From Octopus vulgaris (Eukaryota), in NCBI GenBank assembly GCA_951406725.2, contig OX597833.1, positions 30,566,001 through 30,630,000 of the forward strand: 64,000 nucleotides of DNA, given 5' to 3'. The notes below the pieces were generated by a model. It ran no database searches. It had not been told where the DNA came from and saw only the letters and a list, made by a program, of their open reading frames with translations. The first letter of the stretch is position 1; the number at the start of each line of letters is the position of its first letter. The position numbers and the translations under genes were made by a program. Positions 14,068 through 26,548 of the stretch are shown in pieces.

Positions 14068-14712
14068 CACGCAGACACACACATATATATAAATTAACAT
14101 AATAAATATCTGATTAATAATATCTGTTATCATTATTGTGCGGTGGTGGTGGGTGATAATAATTCACCATTGTAGCAGGAATATTTAAACTTCAAGAGAG
14201 TGAAAAATATTTCCGACACAATATAATTATTTACTATTTTATTCCTCTCCATTAATCACACTTGTGGCTGTCAATGCATTCTCTCTATAGATACAGAAAG
14301 ACATACAGAGAGAGAGGCTGGTGGAGAAAGAGCAACAGAGAAACAGCAAATACGGAGAGGGAAAGAGGGTGAGTAGAAGCTGTCAAAAGCCGTTATAGAG
14401 ATAAAGAGAAGGGAAGAGGGAAAGAGAGAGATGGAAGAAGAAAGGGTGATAACCATAAGAGAGAAACAACAAACACTTGTCAAAGTCCATTTAAAGATGA
14501 TCCATTTAAAGATGATGAATTTTCACTCTTTTTGTCATAGCAACCACATCTTTATAGCTTGTGAATTTTAACCATCGTGGGTCTCATCCTCGCCATGCAT
14601 TTAGTATCCCTGCCAATTTTCAGGTCAATCCTAGCCTCGGTTTGGCCGCCATTAACCGTCAAGGCAAAATGTGCATACAATTTTCGTCCAAGGACTGTTT
14701 TATAGATATAGA
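13197..14712 (+). mobile_element. Possible non-autonomous Helentron-associated (HINE/DINE-1-like) element containing microsatellites and a SINE
   Basis: Begins ACTAGAAGACAAACCCGGCCTTGCTCGGG (subterminal hairpin) and ends ...TTTTATAGATATAGAT; GCCAATTTTCAGGTCAATC near the 3' end; pattern recognition only. Confidence 0.45.
13627..13997 (+). mobile_element. tRNA-derived SINE (family 2)
   Basis: GGAGGCGCAATGGCCCAGTGGTTAGGGC (A box) and GTTTCGATTCCC (B box) with shortened spacer; GC-richer body inserted in a TA microsatellite. Confidence 0.8.
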
Positions 14713-14714
14713 TA

Positions 14715-14717
14715 TAC

Positions 14718-14774
<57 letters not shown>

Positions 14775-14932
14775 TATATATATATATTATTTATATTATA
14801 TATATATATTATATATATTATATATATATTATATATATTATATATATATGATATATATGATATATATATGATATATATGATATATATATATATTATATAT
14901 TATATGTATATTATATATATGATATGTATATG

Positions 14933-14992
<60 letters not shown>

Positions 14993-15028
14993 ATATATGT
15001 AATATATATACTATGTATATATATGTAT
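14715..15028. repeat. (TA)n-type microsatellite
   Basis: Directly visible; source of spurious YI-rich ORFs. Confidence 0.95.
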
Positions 15029-15029
15029 A

Positions 15030-15755
15030 GAAGTGACAAGAGGGGGCATCCCTGACAGACCAAACGTGCAATGTCGAAAGGTCTCGATAGATGTCCATTC
15101 ACGTGAATTACCAAACGGATGCTTCTGTACAACGCAGCTATCCAGCTGTGGAAAATGGGACCGAAACCAGTCGCTATGAGGACAGCCTCCAAGTATTGAT
15201 GGTCTACCCTATCGAAAGCTTTGGATTGATCCATATTGATCAGGAACCCGTGCCAGGTTCCTTAACTACCCTGTGTATGATGGAGGTTGTCATGGATGCT
15301 CCGGCTCGGCCCGGCGCACATTTGCACCTTGTCAACCAGTTTCTCAATGACAAGCACCAACCTCTTCACTAACATCTTGGCCAAAATTTTCAAGTCTGCA
15401 AGGAGCAGAGTGATGGGCCTAAAGTTATCTATTATGTCCCCCTTGTTTGGCTCTTTCTTCAGCAGCGTTATGGCTCCTCGTTTCACAAAACCAGGGATGC
15501 TCCCATTTTACTGCCAGTTGCAGTACACTGCTGCCAAGATGTCTCCAAACAAGTCTGGCATACAACTGTAAAGCTCATAGGGTAGACCATCCAAACCAGA
15601 CGATTTGTTCCTCGAGCATTCTGCCATCACATCCTGCACTTTCGCCGCTGTGAAGGTACCTTCACAGTACTCTGCCTCTCTTGTTGAGAGTTGTGGCAGG
15701 CTGTGCAGTTGGGCACTAAAGCCCACCCTGCGTTCTCGCTCACCACTTGTCCTGA
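15030..15755 (-). mobile_element. Tx1/L1-clade RT fragment
   Basis: KSSGLDGLPYELY, NFRPITLL..DLKILAK, DQSKAFDRVDH and QGCPL motifs. Confidence 0.88.
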
Positions 15756-16426
15756 ACAATCATAGGCCAAACAAAAAACAGTCTACGTCAAAGGATGGCT
15801 CTGCACAGATACCAGATCAAAATCCCAAAAATAGAAAAATAGCATTCAGCCAACACATCAACATTTGCATCAATGACAAAAATCCAAGCTTCAGAATTTT
15901 TCCCCTCTACAAATTCAGGGATGATAAACATGTAACCAATGAATTAGTAAAGTGACTCTCTTTATTACAAAATACAGACCCCTTTTGAACACATCTACAA
16001 CAAACGACATATCCACCATGGCCTTAGAGTAACACAAACACACATGCAAATATTACAAATGATACACACAAGAGATATCCAAGAATTCATTAAAAAACAG
16101 TCCCAATCACTGCTATAATCCACAACGCTTCACTTTTAGGCCATTTTCAGCAGTTTACAGACAAAACTAAACCCACAGACATAGTACCAGGCAAAATAGA
16201 ATTACAATCAAAATACAAAATTCAAAAATAAAGTAATGGATCAAGAGAAAATAGAAGTGGCTGTGAAACAGTTTGACTATAAATTACAATTCTATCTTCA
16301 TGGTCAGATTATAAGGAAGAAAGTGCAAAACAGAATGAAGAATAAAATTAAGCATTTAAGGATAAAAAAAGTGATGAAATAATGAAGACTGGCCAGTTCT
16401 GTGGTGAAGCAAATTTAGAAATAGCA

Positions 16427-17153
16427 GGTATGTGGTGAAGCAAATTTTGCTGAACCCTAATTATAATTATGCTCATAATTATAGAATTTTTGTGTAAGTT
16501 TACCGATAATGGTTCTTCTAACATACCGAACTACTTGGTAAAATTATTAATTATTAATTGATTGATTAATTTTACCCTTTATTATTATTATTGTAAAAAT
16601 AATTCACTCCCTGACAGTAAACTGCAGTTTCTGTGGAATTACTCATGGCACACGTGGGTGATTAAGGAAGAATGCGAGATCTCATTCTTCTGTTTGAATT
16701 TGGAAGTACTAGTTTTTGGATATATGCTATTCGATGGCACTTGGTCAAGTACGTACGTTAATTATCAGTTCTCTCAAATTTAAAATTTGAAATACTATAC
16801 TGAAGAAGGAAATAAGTGAGTAGAAATATGATTTTACATCTCTTTAACCCCGAAACGCGTATGTAGTTAATCAAAGCCAGATGGACTCGTTATTTTTTTT
16901 TCTCTTTACCTGCGTGAGTTGTAGAGTATTGCTGTCTGGGAGATATCTTATGGTAGTAGAGTAGTATTTAACTGCTATTTCTAAATTTCGGTACGTGGCG
17001 AAGCAAATTTTGCTGAACCCTAATTATAATAATGCTCATAATTATAAAATTTTTGTATAAGTTTACCGATAATGGTTCTTTTAGCATACCAAACTACTTG
17101 GTAAAATTATTAATTATTAATCGATTAATTAATTTTATCCTTTATTATTATTG
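16427..17153 (+). repeat. ~165-bp direct repeats (16427-16593 and 16990-17153) bracketing a hammerhead; Penelope pseudo-LTR/retrozyme-like unit
   Basis: Both copies read GGTA(T/C)GTGG(T/C)GAAGCAAATTTTGCTGAACCCTAATTATAAT...TTTATTATTATTG; offset 563 bp. Confidence 0.8.
16794..16867 (+). ncRNA. Minimal type I hammerhead ribozyme (stem II partly decayed)
   Basis: Stem I ACTATA (16794-99) / TGTAGT (16862-67), CTGAAGA (16800-06), GAAA (16852-55), palindromic stem III ACGCGT, GUA cleavage triplet 16859-61; A.C mismatch at the base of stem II. Confidence 0.7.
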
Positions 17154-17257
17154 ATAATATATAGATAGATAGACAGACAGATAGATCGATAAAACTTATT
17201 GGAAATGGATGCGTGGTGTTATATTTATATATATATAAATATATGTATATATATATA

Positions 17258-17294
<37 letters not shown>

Positions 17295-17461
17295 TACCTT
17301 GTATTTACCCTTATTGGTGTAATTTAATTGTTCATTTTGAATTGATAAAAGGTGGATTTTTCTAATTTTTTATATATATACTATATTGTGTGAAATTTGA
17401 TTTAGTACTTCTAAATTGAATTTTTTTTCCTTGTAAGTTTTGGATTTTATTCCCTCAAATA

Positions 17462-17462
<1 letters not shown>

Positions 17463-17515
<53 letters not shown>

Positions 17516-17542
17516 TATATACACATATATATATATATATAC

Positions 17543-17602
<60 letters not shown>

Positions 17603-17603
17603 T

Positions 17604-17664
<61 letters not shown>

Positions 17665-17725
17665 GTATGTATGTATGTATATATATATATGTATATATGT
17701 ATATATATATGTATGTATGTAGGTA

Positions 17726-17760
<35 letters not shown>

Positions 17761-17865
17761 TTGTATGTATAAATATATGTATATATGTATGTATATATAT
17801 ATATGTATATATATGTATGTGTATATATATATATATATATGTATAAGTATATGTATATATACATA
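17463..17865. repeat. (TA)n/(TACA)n microsatellite
   Basis: Directly visible. Confidence 0.95.
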
Positions 17866-18630
17866 CTTCCAGTTTCGTAGAAGAATGATCTGTTTCCTTC
17901 GTTCTGGGAAAAAGAAAAAACAAACAAAAAAGGGATTGCATAAATCAACGAAATAATCTGCTAAAACTGATAAAAAACGTAGAACTTGTTATCTCATAGC
18001 GGTCTACTAGGATATATTAGTTAAAAACCGTAATATATTTCACTTCAAGCCAAATATAATACATTAAAGTTAGTTACGCATGTAAGATTCTCTGTTGAAA
18101 AAGCATGTGGTGGCAATTCGTAAGTTTATTTCTAGCCGACTGTAAGAAGCAAAAAGAATTGTTTTCTTTTCTTTTTTGAAAGAAAACTTCTTCATATAGA
18201 CACATGGATTTGGAATTTTTGCCTTTTGCGGATAAGTACCCTTTTCATTTGTTTAATTTCCTGTAATTCAATGTAACGTGTGAGTTAGGACCTCATCTCT
18301 GTTTACATTCTGTTAATAATCTTTCAATTTGTGTTTCAGCGCCCACTTCACTTTTATCAATTTCTCACTATATCCAAGTAGAATCTTTTGCATAACTTCT
18401 CTTTTATTACTTTCTCTCTCTCTGTCTCTTCGCCTCTCTTTGTCACACCATCTTTCTCCTCTCAGCCTCCCAATCTTCCTAAATATATAGACGCAAACAT
18501 TAGAAATATAGTTGTAATTAGTTTAGAAGAAAACTTTCGTAGTTACAGATAGATAGATATTTATAATTAGTTTAGAAGAGAACTTTCGTAGTTGCAGATG
18601 GATATATATTTATTTGTTACTTTATTTATA

Positions 18631-18839
18631 CTCTTTACTCTTTTACTTGTTTCAGTCATTTGACTGCGGCCATGCTGGAGCACCGCCTTTAGTCGAGCAA
18701 ATCGACCCCGGGACTTATTCTTTGTAAGCCCAGTACTTATTCTATCGGTCTCTTTTTGCCGAACCGCTAAGTGACGGGGACGTAAACACACCAGCATCGG
18801 TTGTCAAGCAATGCTAGGGGGACAAACACAGACACACAA

Positions 18840-18880
<41 letters not shown>

Positions 18881-19038
18881 CGACAGGCTTCTTTCAGTTT
18901 ACGTCTACCAAATCCACTCACAAGGCATTGGTCGGCCCAGGACTATAGCAGAAGACACTTGCCCAAGATGCCATCCAGTGGGAGTGAACCCGGAACCATG
19001 TGGTTGGTTAGCAAGCTACTTACCACACAGCCACTCCT
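18631..19038 (-). mobile_element. SINE family 1, near full length
   Basis: Nearly identical to 4227-4632. Confidence 0.88.
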
Positions 19039-19563
19039 GTATATATTTCTTTGTTACTTTATTTATATATTCTACTATCCAAGTAGAATCTTTTGCATAA
19101 CTTTATCTCTTTCTTTTCTTTCTCTCTCTGTCTCTTCACTTCTCTCTATCACACCATCTTTCTTCTCTGCCTCTCAATCTTCCTAAATATATAGACATGA
19201 ACATTCTCCTCTCACTCTCTCTCACTTTCTTCTTATCTTCTCTCAGCCACTCAATCTTTTGCATAACTTCCTCTCTTTCATCTCTTTCTCTCTGTCTCTT
19301 CACTTCTCTCCATTATGCCTCTTTCTCTGTCTCTTCACTTCTCTCTGTCACACCATCTTTCCTCTCTCAGCCTTTCAATCTTCCTAAATATATAGATGCA
19401 AACATTCTCCTCTCACTCTCTCTTACTCTCTTCTTATCTTCTCTTCAGTGCTCAATCTCTCTAAATACATAGACACTTTCTTTCTCTATTTCGTCTCTAC
19501 CCTCTATCACACTGTTAAATTTTAAATATAATTAGATAGATAAATAAATAAAATATCCAAAAA

Positions 19564-22500
19564 ATGTCCAGAACCTGGAGGAGCATGGAATTGGCATTGT
19601 TTTTAAGAGCCTGGTATTGTATTGATGGAGATAACCCGAACAACATAATTACAGCTGCACTGAAGAGCAATGGTTGCACAAGGATGTTAGCACAGATAGA
19701 GCGAAAGAAGCAGGAGTTTATACGCTCCTATGCACTCATAAGATCCCATATCAGCTCTCTCGATGCCATCTTTGACAACGAACAAAACAAAGATGACAAG
19801 GATGGAGGCATGGATGCAGATGAAAGATGTCACCCCCACTTGGTAGACACCCAGGACAACAAAGAAGATTCAAGTGAGAAACCTGCTCGGGATGTAAACC
19901 CAAGTGCAAGTGCCCCTACCAGCATCAGAAGGCAAAACCACGGAGATGAAAGAGCCAACAAAGGAGGAAAAAGAAGGAAAAACTATAAGAAAAACAAGAT
20001 GAAACAGCCAAAGAAGGAAAAACTAAAACTCAAACAAAACCAAAAGATGAAACAGCCAAGGAAAGAAGCAAACCTGACTATCCATATACCAAAAAGGATA
20101 GAAAGAGACAGCACACACGAATGTGTAAATTCTACCTGAAAGGTGTCTGCTGGCTTGGAGAGGAAGGTGCAGGCTGCCGTTTTGCACACCAAAGACTTTG
20201 CCACATAAACATGAAACAGGTCAGAAACCACCTGCCAAAAGGAAAAGGAAAGGACTACGCACCACCTGCCCCAAAACAGAGGTATGTAGATGTAGTGCTT
20301 GTTACAAACCATCAACATATTATTGAAAGGGCAGCTGCTGAATAAGAATCTTTTTTGTGTATGGCACAAAAGATTGTACAGCAGCTAACCTGGCTCCATC
20401 AAACTCAGACTCACAGATGGGACTATCCACAATACACAAGACCACCACAGCAAATAGACCCAAGGTGGACACCACTGGCAATAACACACACATCACCTCG
20501 ATGCTCCTACTGAACATCAGAGGACTGCTAACACTCAGTAACAGGACAAAAATCCCTTTCTTGAGATACCTTGTTGCATGCAATCAAGCCTTATTCATAG
20601 CACTTACGGAAACACACCTGAAACCGGATATAGCAGATGCGGAAATACACATACCACAGTATGTTGTATTATGGACCGACAGAAAAGAAAGGAGTCATGC
20701 TGGAGTTGCTATGTACATCCATAAGGACCTCACACCCCAGGTTGTTTTGTCATACTCAAATTCGGTGTGTGACACACTAATTGTACGTATAAGGCAATTC
20801 GGTGTAGTTATATGTGCTACATATCACCCTCCGGATGCTCCAAGTCATATAGGCAAGTTTGAAGACTGCCTTACAAAAATAGAAGTTCTAGTCACATTAG
20901 AGCAACACATAAGTGTACTTCTTATGGGAGACTTCAATTAGCCCAATGTCAGATGGCCGAAGGGCCTTTCTCTCCCAGGAATGACACGATGCGAACGAGG
21001 ACAGGCAAGGTCCCTTCTGAACCTCATCAACACTCTGTGCATGGAGCAAATAATACTCCAACCAACCAGGGCAGGTAACATACTGGGTCTCTGCTTCACA
21101 AATAATATGGATCACATCCATAATATGAAAGTGACACCGACACTACTCTCGGATCACAACATGGTAGAGTTGACCATGTACGGGCCAAAGGAAAGCATGG
21201 ACATGCAGCCTACAAGAAACTCTCAGAATCTTTCCAGCTTGAACTGGAAAGGCAAACTGGAAACAAATTGAGAAAGAGATTCTCAAACAAAACTGGCCTA
21301 AATGTCTCTCCTCACCAGACATCGACATGAAACTTCAACAATTCATGTCTGTAATGCAAGCCATATGCTACAAATGTGTCCCAGACAGAAAGGCCACTGT
21401 ACACAAGAACAAAATCCCCAGAGAGAGGAATTTTCTCATGAGACGGCATACAAAAGTTTCAAATCGCCTAAACAAACAAATTGAAAGCAGTGAAAAGTCC
21501 CACCTGAAAATAAAACTGCTGGAAATTGAAAAATGTCTGCAACTCTCCCATGAAAAAGAAAAGAGCAGACAAAGAAGCCTGGGCTATAGACAACATAAAA
21601 TCTAACCCCAGAGCTTTCTACAAGTTTGCCAAAGAAACAGCTACGGTGCACTGTAGGATAGGGCCACTCCTTGAAAAAGATGGTACACTCACAGGAAATC
21701 TAATGAGAATAAGTGAAATACTAAATGAGCAATTCAAAAGTATTTCACTCCACTCATTTTCAAGTCAGCAATCCAACTGACTTCTTTACCACTGCAGATA
21801 TAAAATCAGAGGCAACGATGATTGATTACATCAATATAAAGGAAGACGATGTAATAAGGGCTATAGATGAAATGAACCCAAACTCAGCTACTGGCCCTGA
21901 TGGATTCCCAGAAATCCTTCTAAAAGTATGTAAGAGAGTCCTAGCAAGACTACTGCAGTTCCTCTTTCAGAGCTTCCTTGCAACTGGCAAACTTCCAAGA
22001 AATCTGAAGGAGGGTAAAATATACCCTATTCATAAAGGAGGTAGCAGAGCAGAGGCCAAGAACTACAGACCTATCTCTTTGACCTCACACATCAGCAAGG
22101 TCATGGAACGAATAGTCATAAGGAAACTCATTGCCTTCCTTGAAGAAAATAACTTGCTGCCCGACACCCAACATGGTTTCCGACCAGGGAGAAGCTGTTT
22201 AACTCAGCTCCTACAACACTATGACTGGATGCTGAAACAACTGCTCAACCACTCAAATGTGGAAGTGATATATCTCGACTTTGCAAAGGCCTTCGATAAA
22301 GTCGATCATGGAATGATACATCACAAACTGCATGATCTTGGCATGGTTGGAAAATTGGGAGAATGGCATCATGACTTTCTGAAGGATAGAAGTCAGGTGG
22401 TAGTAGCCAATGGGGCCACCTCCATTAACACGCAAATAGTGAGCGGTGTTCCGCAAGGCACTGTTTTGGGACCACTACTGTTCATAATGGCCCTCTCAGA

Positions 22501-23520
22501 CATGCTCTCAGCCATGCAGAGAGCCACAATCACAAGTTATGCAGATGATACAAAAATTTCACAGGTAATACAGAACCCTGAAGACACTATGCACCTGCAA
22601 TGTGAGCTGGACAAAATATACAAGTGGGCTGAAAAGAATAGCATGCAGTTCAATGCTGGAAAGTTTCAAGCTTTATGCTATCAGCATGCAAAACTAAATG
22701 CAATACCCAATAAATACACTGGACCTGGAGAGATTGCAATCCCAGAGGCACAATCAGTGCGAAACCTAGGTATTTACATGAATAATGATGCAACCTTTCA
22801 TGTGCATGTTGCTAAATTGGCAATGAAATATAGGTGGCTGACCAGATGGATTCTTAGAGCTTTTAGAACAAGAGACCAAGAAACCATGATGGTCCTCTGG
22901 CGGACACCTGTTCTAAGCCACCATTGCTCTCAGCTATGGTCATCAACCAGTGTCAAATTAATCACAGAACTTGATGCGATCCAACAAAGCTACACAAAGA
23001 AGATAGCCTCTGTGCAGCATATAAGCTATTGGGAAAGACTCAAGAGATTAAGACTCTAGTCCTTAGAATGTAGGCGAGAAAGATATGCCATAATATACAT
23101 CTGGAAGATCGTGGAAGGACTTGTCCCAAACTTTGGCATCGAGAGTTACACAAATACTAGAACTGGGCACCACTACATAGTGCCAAGGACTCCAAATGTG
23201 CCATCAAGATGTAGGACAAGATACTGAGATAGCCTGGGCTTCAGAGGTCCGTAGCTCTTCAATATCCTTCCAAAGGACCTGAGAGACCTGCATGGGATGG
23301 ATGCAGATATCTTTAAAATAAAACTGGATCTCTTCCTGTCAGGTGTCCCAGATGAACCAACTTCATGGCAGGAGGTGCAGATGAGGGCAGCTGCATCAAA
23401 CTCTCTCATGCACCAAATGTCAATTGCTAAAAAGCATTCGTGAAGTAAAATCATGTAGCAATACCGAATGGTGGTGCCCGAGCATGGCCACAGCTCATCA
23501 GCTGAAACTAGATAAAATGA
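19564..23520 (+). mobile_element. Near full-length CR1-like LINE: ORF1 with CCCH finger, APE endonuclease, RT (disrupted)
   Basis: ORF1 remnant 19564-20345 (CKFYLKGVC...GCRFAH); EN 20357-21271 (LNIRGL, TETHL, MGDFN, SDHN); RT 21725-23059. Confidence 0.93.
21725..23059 (+). pseudogene. Reverse transcriptase open segment (444 aa) of the CR1-like LINE
   Basis: GPDG, NYRPISLTS, QHGFR, YLDFAKAFD, GVPQGTVLGP and YADD; flanked by a frameshift and premature stops. Confidence 0.92.
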
Positions 23521-23533
23521 AATGAAATATATG

Positions 23534-23576
<43 letters not shown>

Positions 23577-23799
23577 AAATATATGTATATATATATTTAT
23601 TTATATATATACACATACATTCATATATGTGTGTGTGTGTGTATATATATATATACTGGGTCATCCCATAAATAATGCAATTTTTTTCAATTGCATGAAC
23701 TAAAAGTCGGAGGATAACGGGATAAACTACCCGCATCAGTTTGCGATAAAAGCAGGCAGTAATTTTACCTTGTATTTACTCTTAACGCAAGTTTTGAAG

Positions 23800-24887
23800 A
23801 ATTTTGTTTGTATTGCAGTTGTATTGTAGTTTAAATATTGTTGTACTGTTGTATGAATTGTTGTAGTGTTCGCTGAACACTTTGGATTTTGCTGCACTGT
23901 GTCAGTCTGGTTGTACTTTCCCTCCTCATAGAAAAATGGAAGACATCAGATTTTCAGATAGCAGCTACACTGAGGTGTCTGGTTCTGAGCAGTCGGACAT
24001 TTTCATGGACCATTAGGAAGGGATAAAAATCAAGGCTTGATAGAAGCTTCGCAGAGGTGGCAAAAATATTGGAGTTCAATATGGAAAGGAATGAGTGGAA
24101 GGACTATTCAAAAATGATGAAAAGGGAAGGAACTAATGTGAAAGTGACAGCTCCAATGGAAATTATCATTAATAGGATGGAATGTACGGTAGTATACAAA
24201 AGACATTCAGTAGACACAGGAAGAATTAACAAAATAATAATGAATCAAGTGGAGAAAGCACTACTGCCAGTCTGGAAGGAAATCAAATATCTAACCAGAG
24301 GGAGTAAATTTGGAACAGTTAAAGTTTGATTTAAGGATGCAACCATAGCAAATTTGAACGCGGCAACAATCTTAAAAACTGATGAAGTGGTGATGTTGCC
24401 GATATATCATGGAAGGTGTGCCATAAGGGTCAATGTAGAGGGAATCCCCCAGATGTCAACGTGGCTTGGATAGCAGCTGCTGTCTTGCTCAGCAATGAGG
24501 AAGAGATAGCGGTTCTCCAGGCCACTAAGACGGAAACAAGAAACTGGAAAGTGCAATCCCTAAACATAGTGATACAGAGGCCAAAGGAAATAATAGAAGA
24601 GTTGCTGGAAACAATAGCATTTGATGGTGTAATAATGGTAGTTAAAGTAGAAGGCAGGATTGCCAAATGCTACAAGTGTGGCTAGAAAGGCCTTATTAGG
24701 GCAAACTGCCCTCTACAAGACAAAAAGGGAAAGGAAGAACTGGCAAGAGAAAAGGAAAGTATACACCACCACCAACATCAGAAACAGAAGAAGAATGCAG
24801 AACTGATGGCAAATGGGTGACACCAAGCAAGAAAAGGAAAAGAAAAAGGAGGAAACCAGGTAAAATATTGTGGGCAATAAAAAATCA
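23800..24887 (+). mobile_element. ORF1-only retroelement A (internally deleted near the 3' end)
   Basis: Disrupted ORF1 (YLTRGSKFGTV, PPDVNVAW, VEGRIAKCYKCG*KGLIRANC knuckle); ends TTGTGGGCAATAAAAAATCA; flanked by target copies 23774-23799 and 24888-24906. Confidence 0.8.
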
Positions 24888-24906
24888 ATTTATTCTTAGC
24901 GCAAGT

Positions 24907-26548
24907 CATAGAGTTCGTATCGTGCTAGTGTGTTTACTGATTGTGTGAGTAGTTGACTGGCCTGTGCTGCTTTGCAGTGGTTTTCTGGTTGTGCTTTCTC
25001 TCTGCCTTGAGGAGGGTCAGCAATGTCAACAGTAAGAAACATGTTCTATTCGGACCTTAGTGGGTCCGAATTGTCCTCTTCAGAGGAAGAGCTCATATGA
25101 GCAGTTGGTAGAATGGACAAGCGCTTAAGGAAGAAAAGTTTTGCAGAAGTGATAGAAGTCACAAAAAAGGAGGTGGATCTGACAAACATGCAAAAATATG
25201 AGAAAATGGCATGTAGGTTAGGTGGTGACGTTAAGCTGTCACCATCACAGAAAGTATTGGAAGAAATGGATAAGAAAACAGTAATATATAAGGTGCACTC
25301 AGTGGAAGAAAGGAAAATTGAAAATGTTGAGGCAGAAATAATAGAAAAGGCATTGTGCTCCGTCTGGCAAGACATAACATATCTTGCCAGAGGAAGCAGA
25401 TACGGAACATTTGTGGTTCATTTCAAGTCAGAAGGAAAAGCAAAAGAACACGCAGTAAACACAGTAAAGTTGGATAAAGTGGTCTTTCTTATCTTGGAAG
25501 AAGGACTTCCAGGATTAGGGTGGAGGGAATCCCACCAGAAATAAATGTGGCTTGAGTTGCGGCGGCTGTTTTTCTAGGAAGTAAAGAAGAAATAGCCGTC
25601 CTCCAAGCCACGAAAACAGAAAATTCAGTATGGAAAGGCCAAACATTGGACCTGATCATACAGGGCACTGCAGAAACACTGGAAAATGTGGTGGAAACAG
25701 TGACCATTGAAGATGTAGTGTTGAGAATGTGGATGGAGGGTAAAACCTCTCATTGCTTTAACGGTGGCCAAAAGGTCACATTAGAACACACTGCTCTCTA
25801 CAGAAGCAGAGAAGTCAGGAGAAAGTTAGAAAGGAGCCGGAGGAGGTACAAGAGGAAGAAATGAGAAATGAAGAACTGTGGATGGTAGCTGAAGGAAGAA
25901 AAAAGAAGGACACAGTGAAGTAGAACCCCAAACCATACCCACACCATCCATACCCTCTCTGACCTCCCTCCCCCACAGACACCAAACCCACCTATTCCCC
26001 TCCAACACAAAGCAAAAGAAAAAAGAAACACAAGCACACAAGGATCAACAAACTCCCCCTCCCACTGAAAATTGTTTTACGTCTATGATTGTTGAAGGTG
26101 TGGACAAGGAACTGCTCAATAAGATAACAAAATGGAAGAATGCAAGATTTGTCCATGTCAAAGGATGGACAAACATTGATGGATGGCAGTCATGTGTTCT
26201 GGTGTCCGAAAGCCAAAAAAATGAAATATTGAAATTCAAGAGGGGTTATAAGTGTTGGAAGGTGAATTGTAAGTTAAAGACGATACCAAACAATATAAAG
26301 TACGAGGAACTGACCGAGAAATATGATATAGACATTTTAAAGGACTTGGAATTTAAAAAATAAAAGGAAGCAAGTGAGGCTGCTTGTGGTGGGGCAAGTA
26401 GCTCATTTTCATTGTATCATTCATTTATATCATACATTTTAATTTTTAATTTTTTTAATTTTTATTATTTTTTTTCGTTTTTATATGTCCCCACATGGTT
26501 TTGTGTTGTCCCTTCTATGTTGGCCCGTTGTGGGTAATAAAAAAATCA
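24907..26548 (+). mobile_element. ORF1-only retroelement B
   Basis: ORF fragments 25113-25544, 25646-25864 (CF.. knuckle remnant) and 26085-26363; no EN/RT; ends GCCCGTTGTGGGTAATAAAAAAATCA; target copies on both sides. Confidence 0.85.

Noticed and set aside
17370-17956. Long YI/IY-rich ORFs (also 14561-15234, 34471-34749, 55399-55921)
   Set aside because: Translations of microsatellites.
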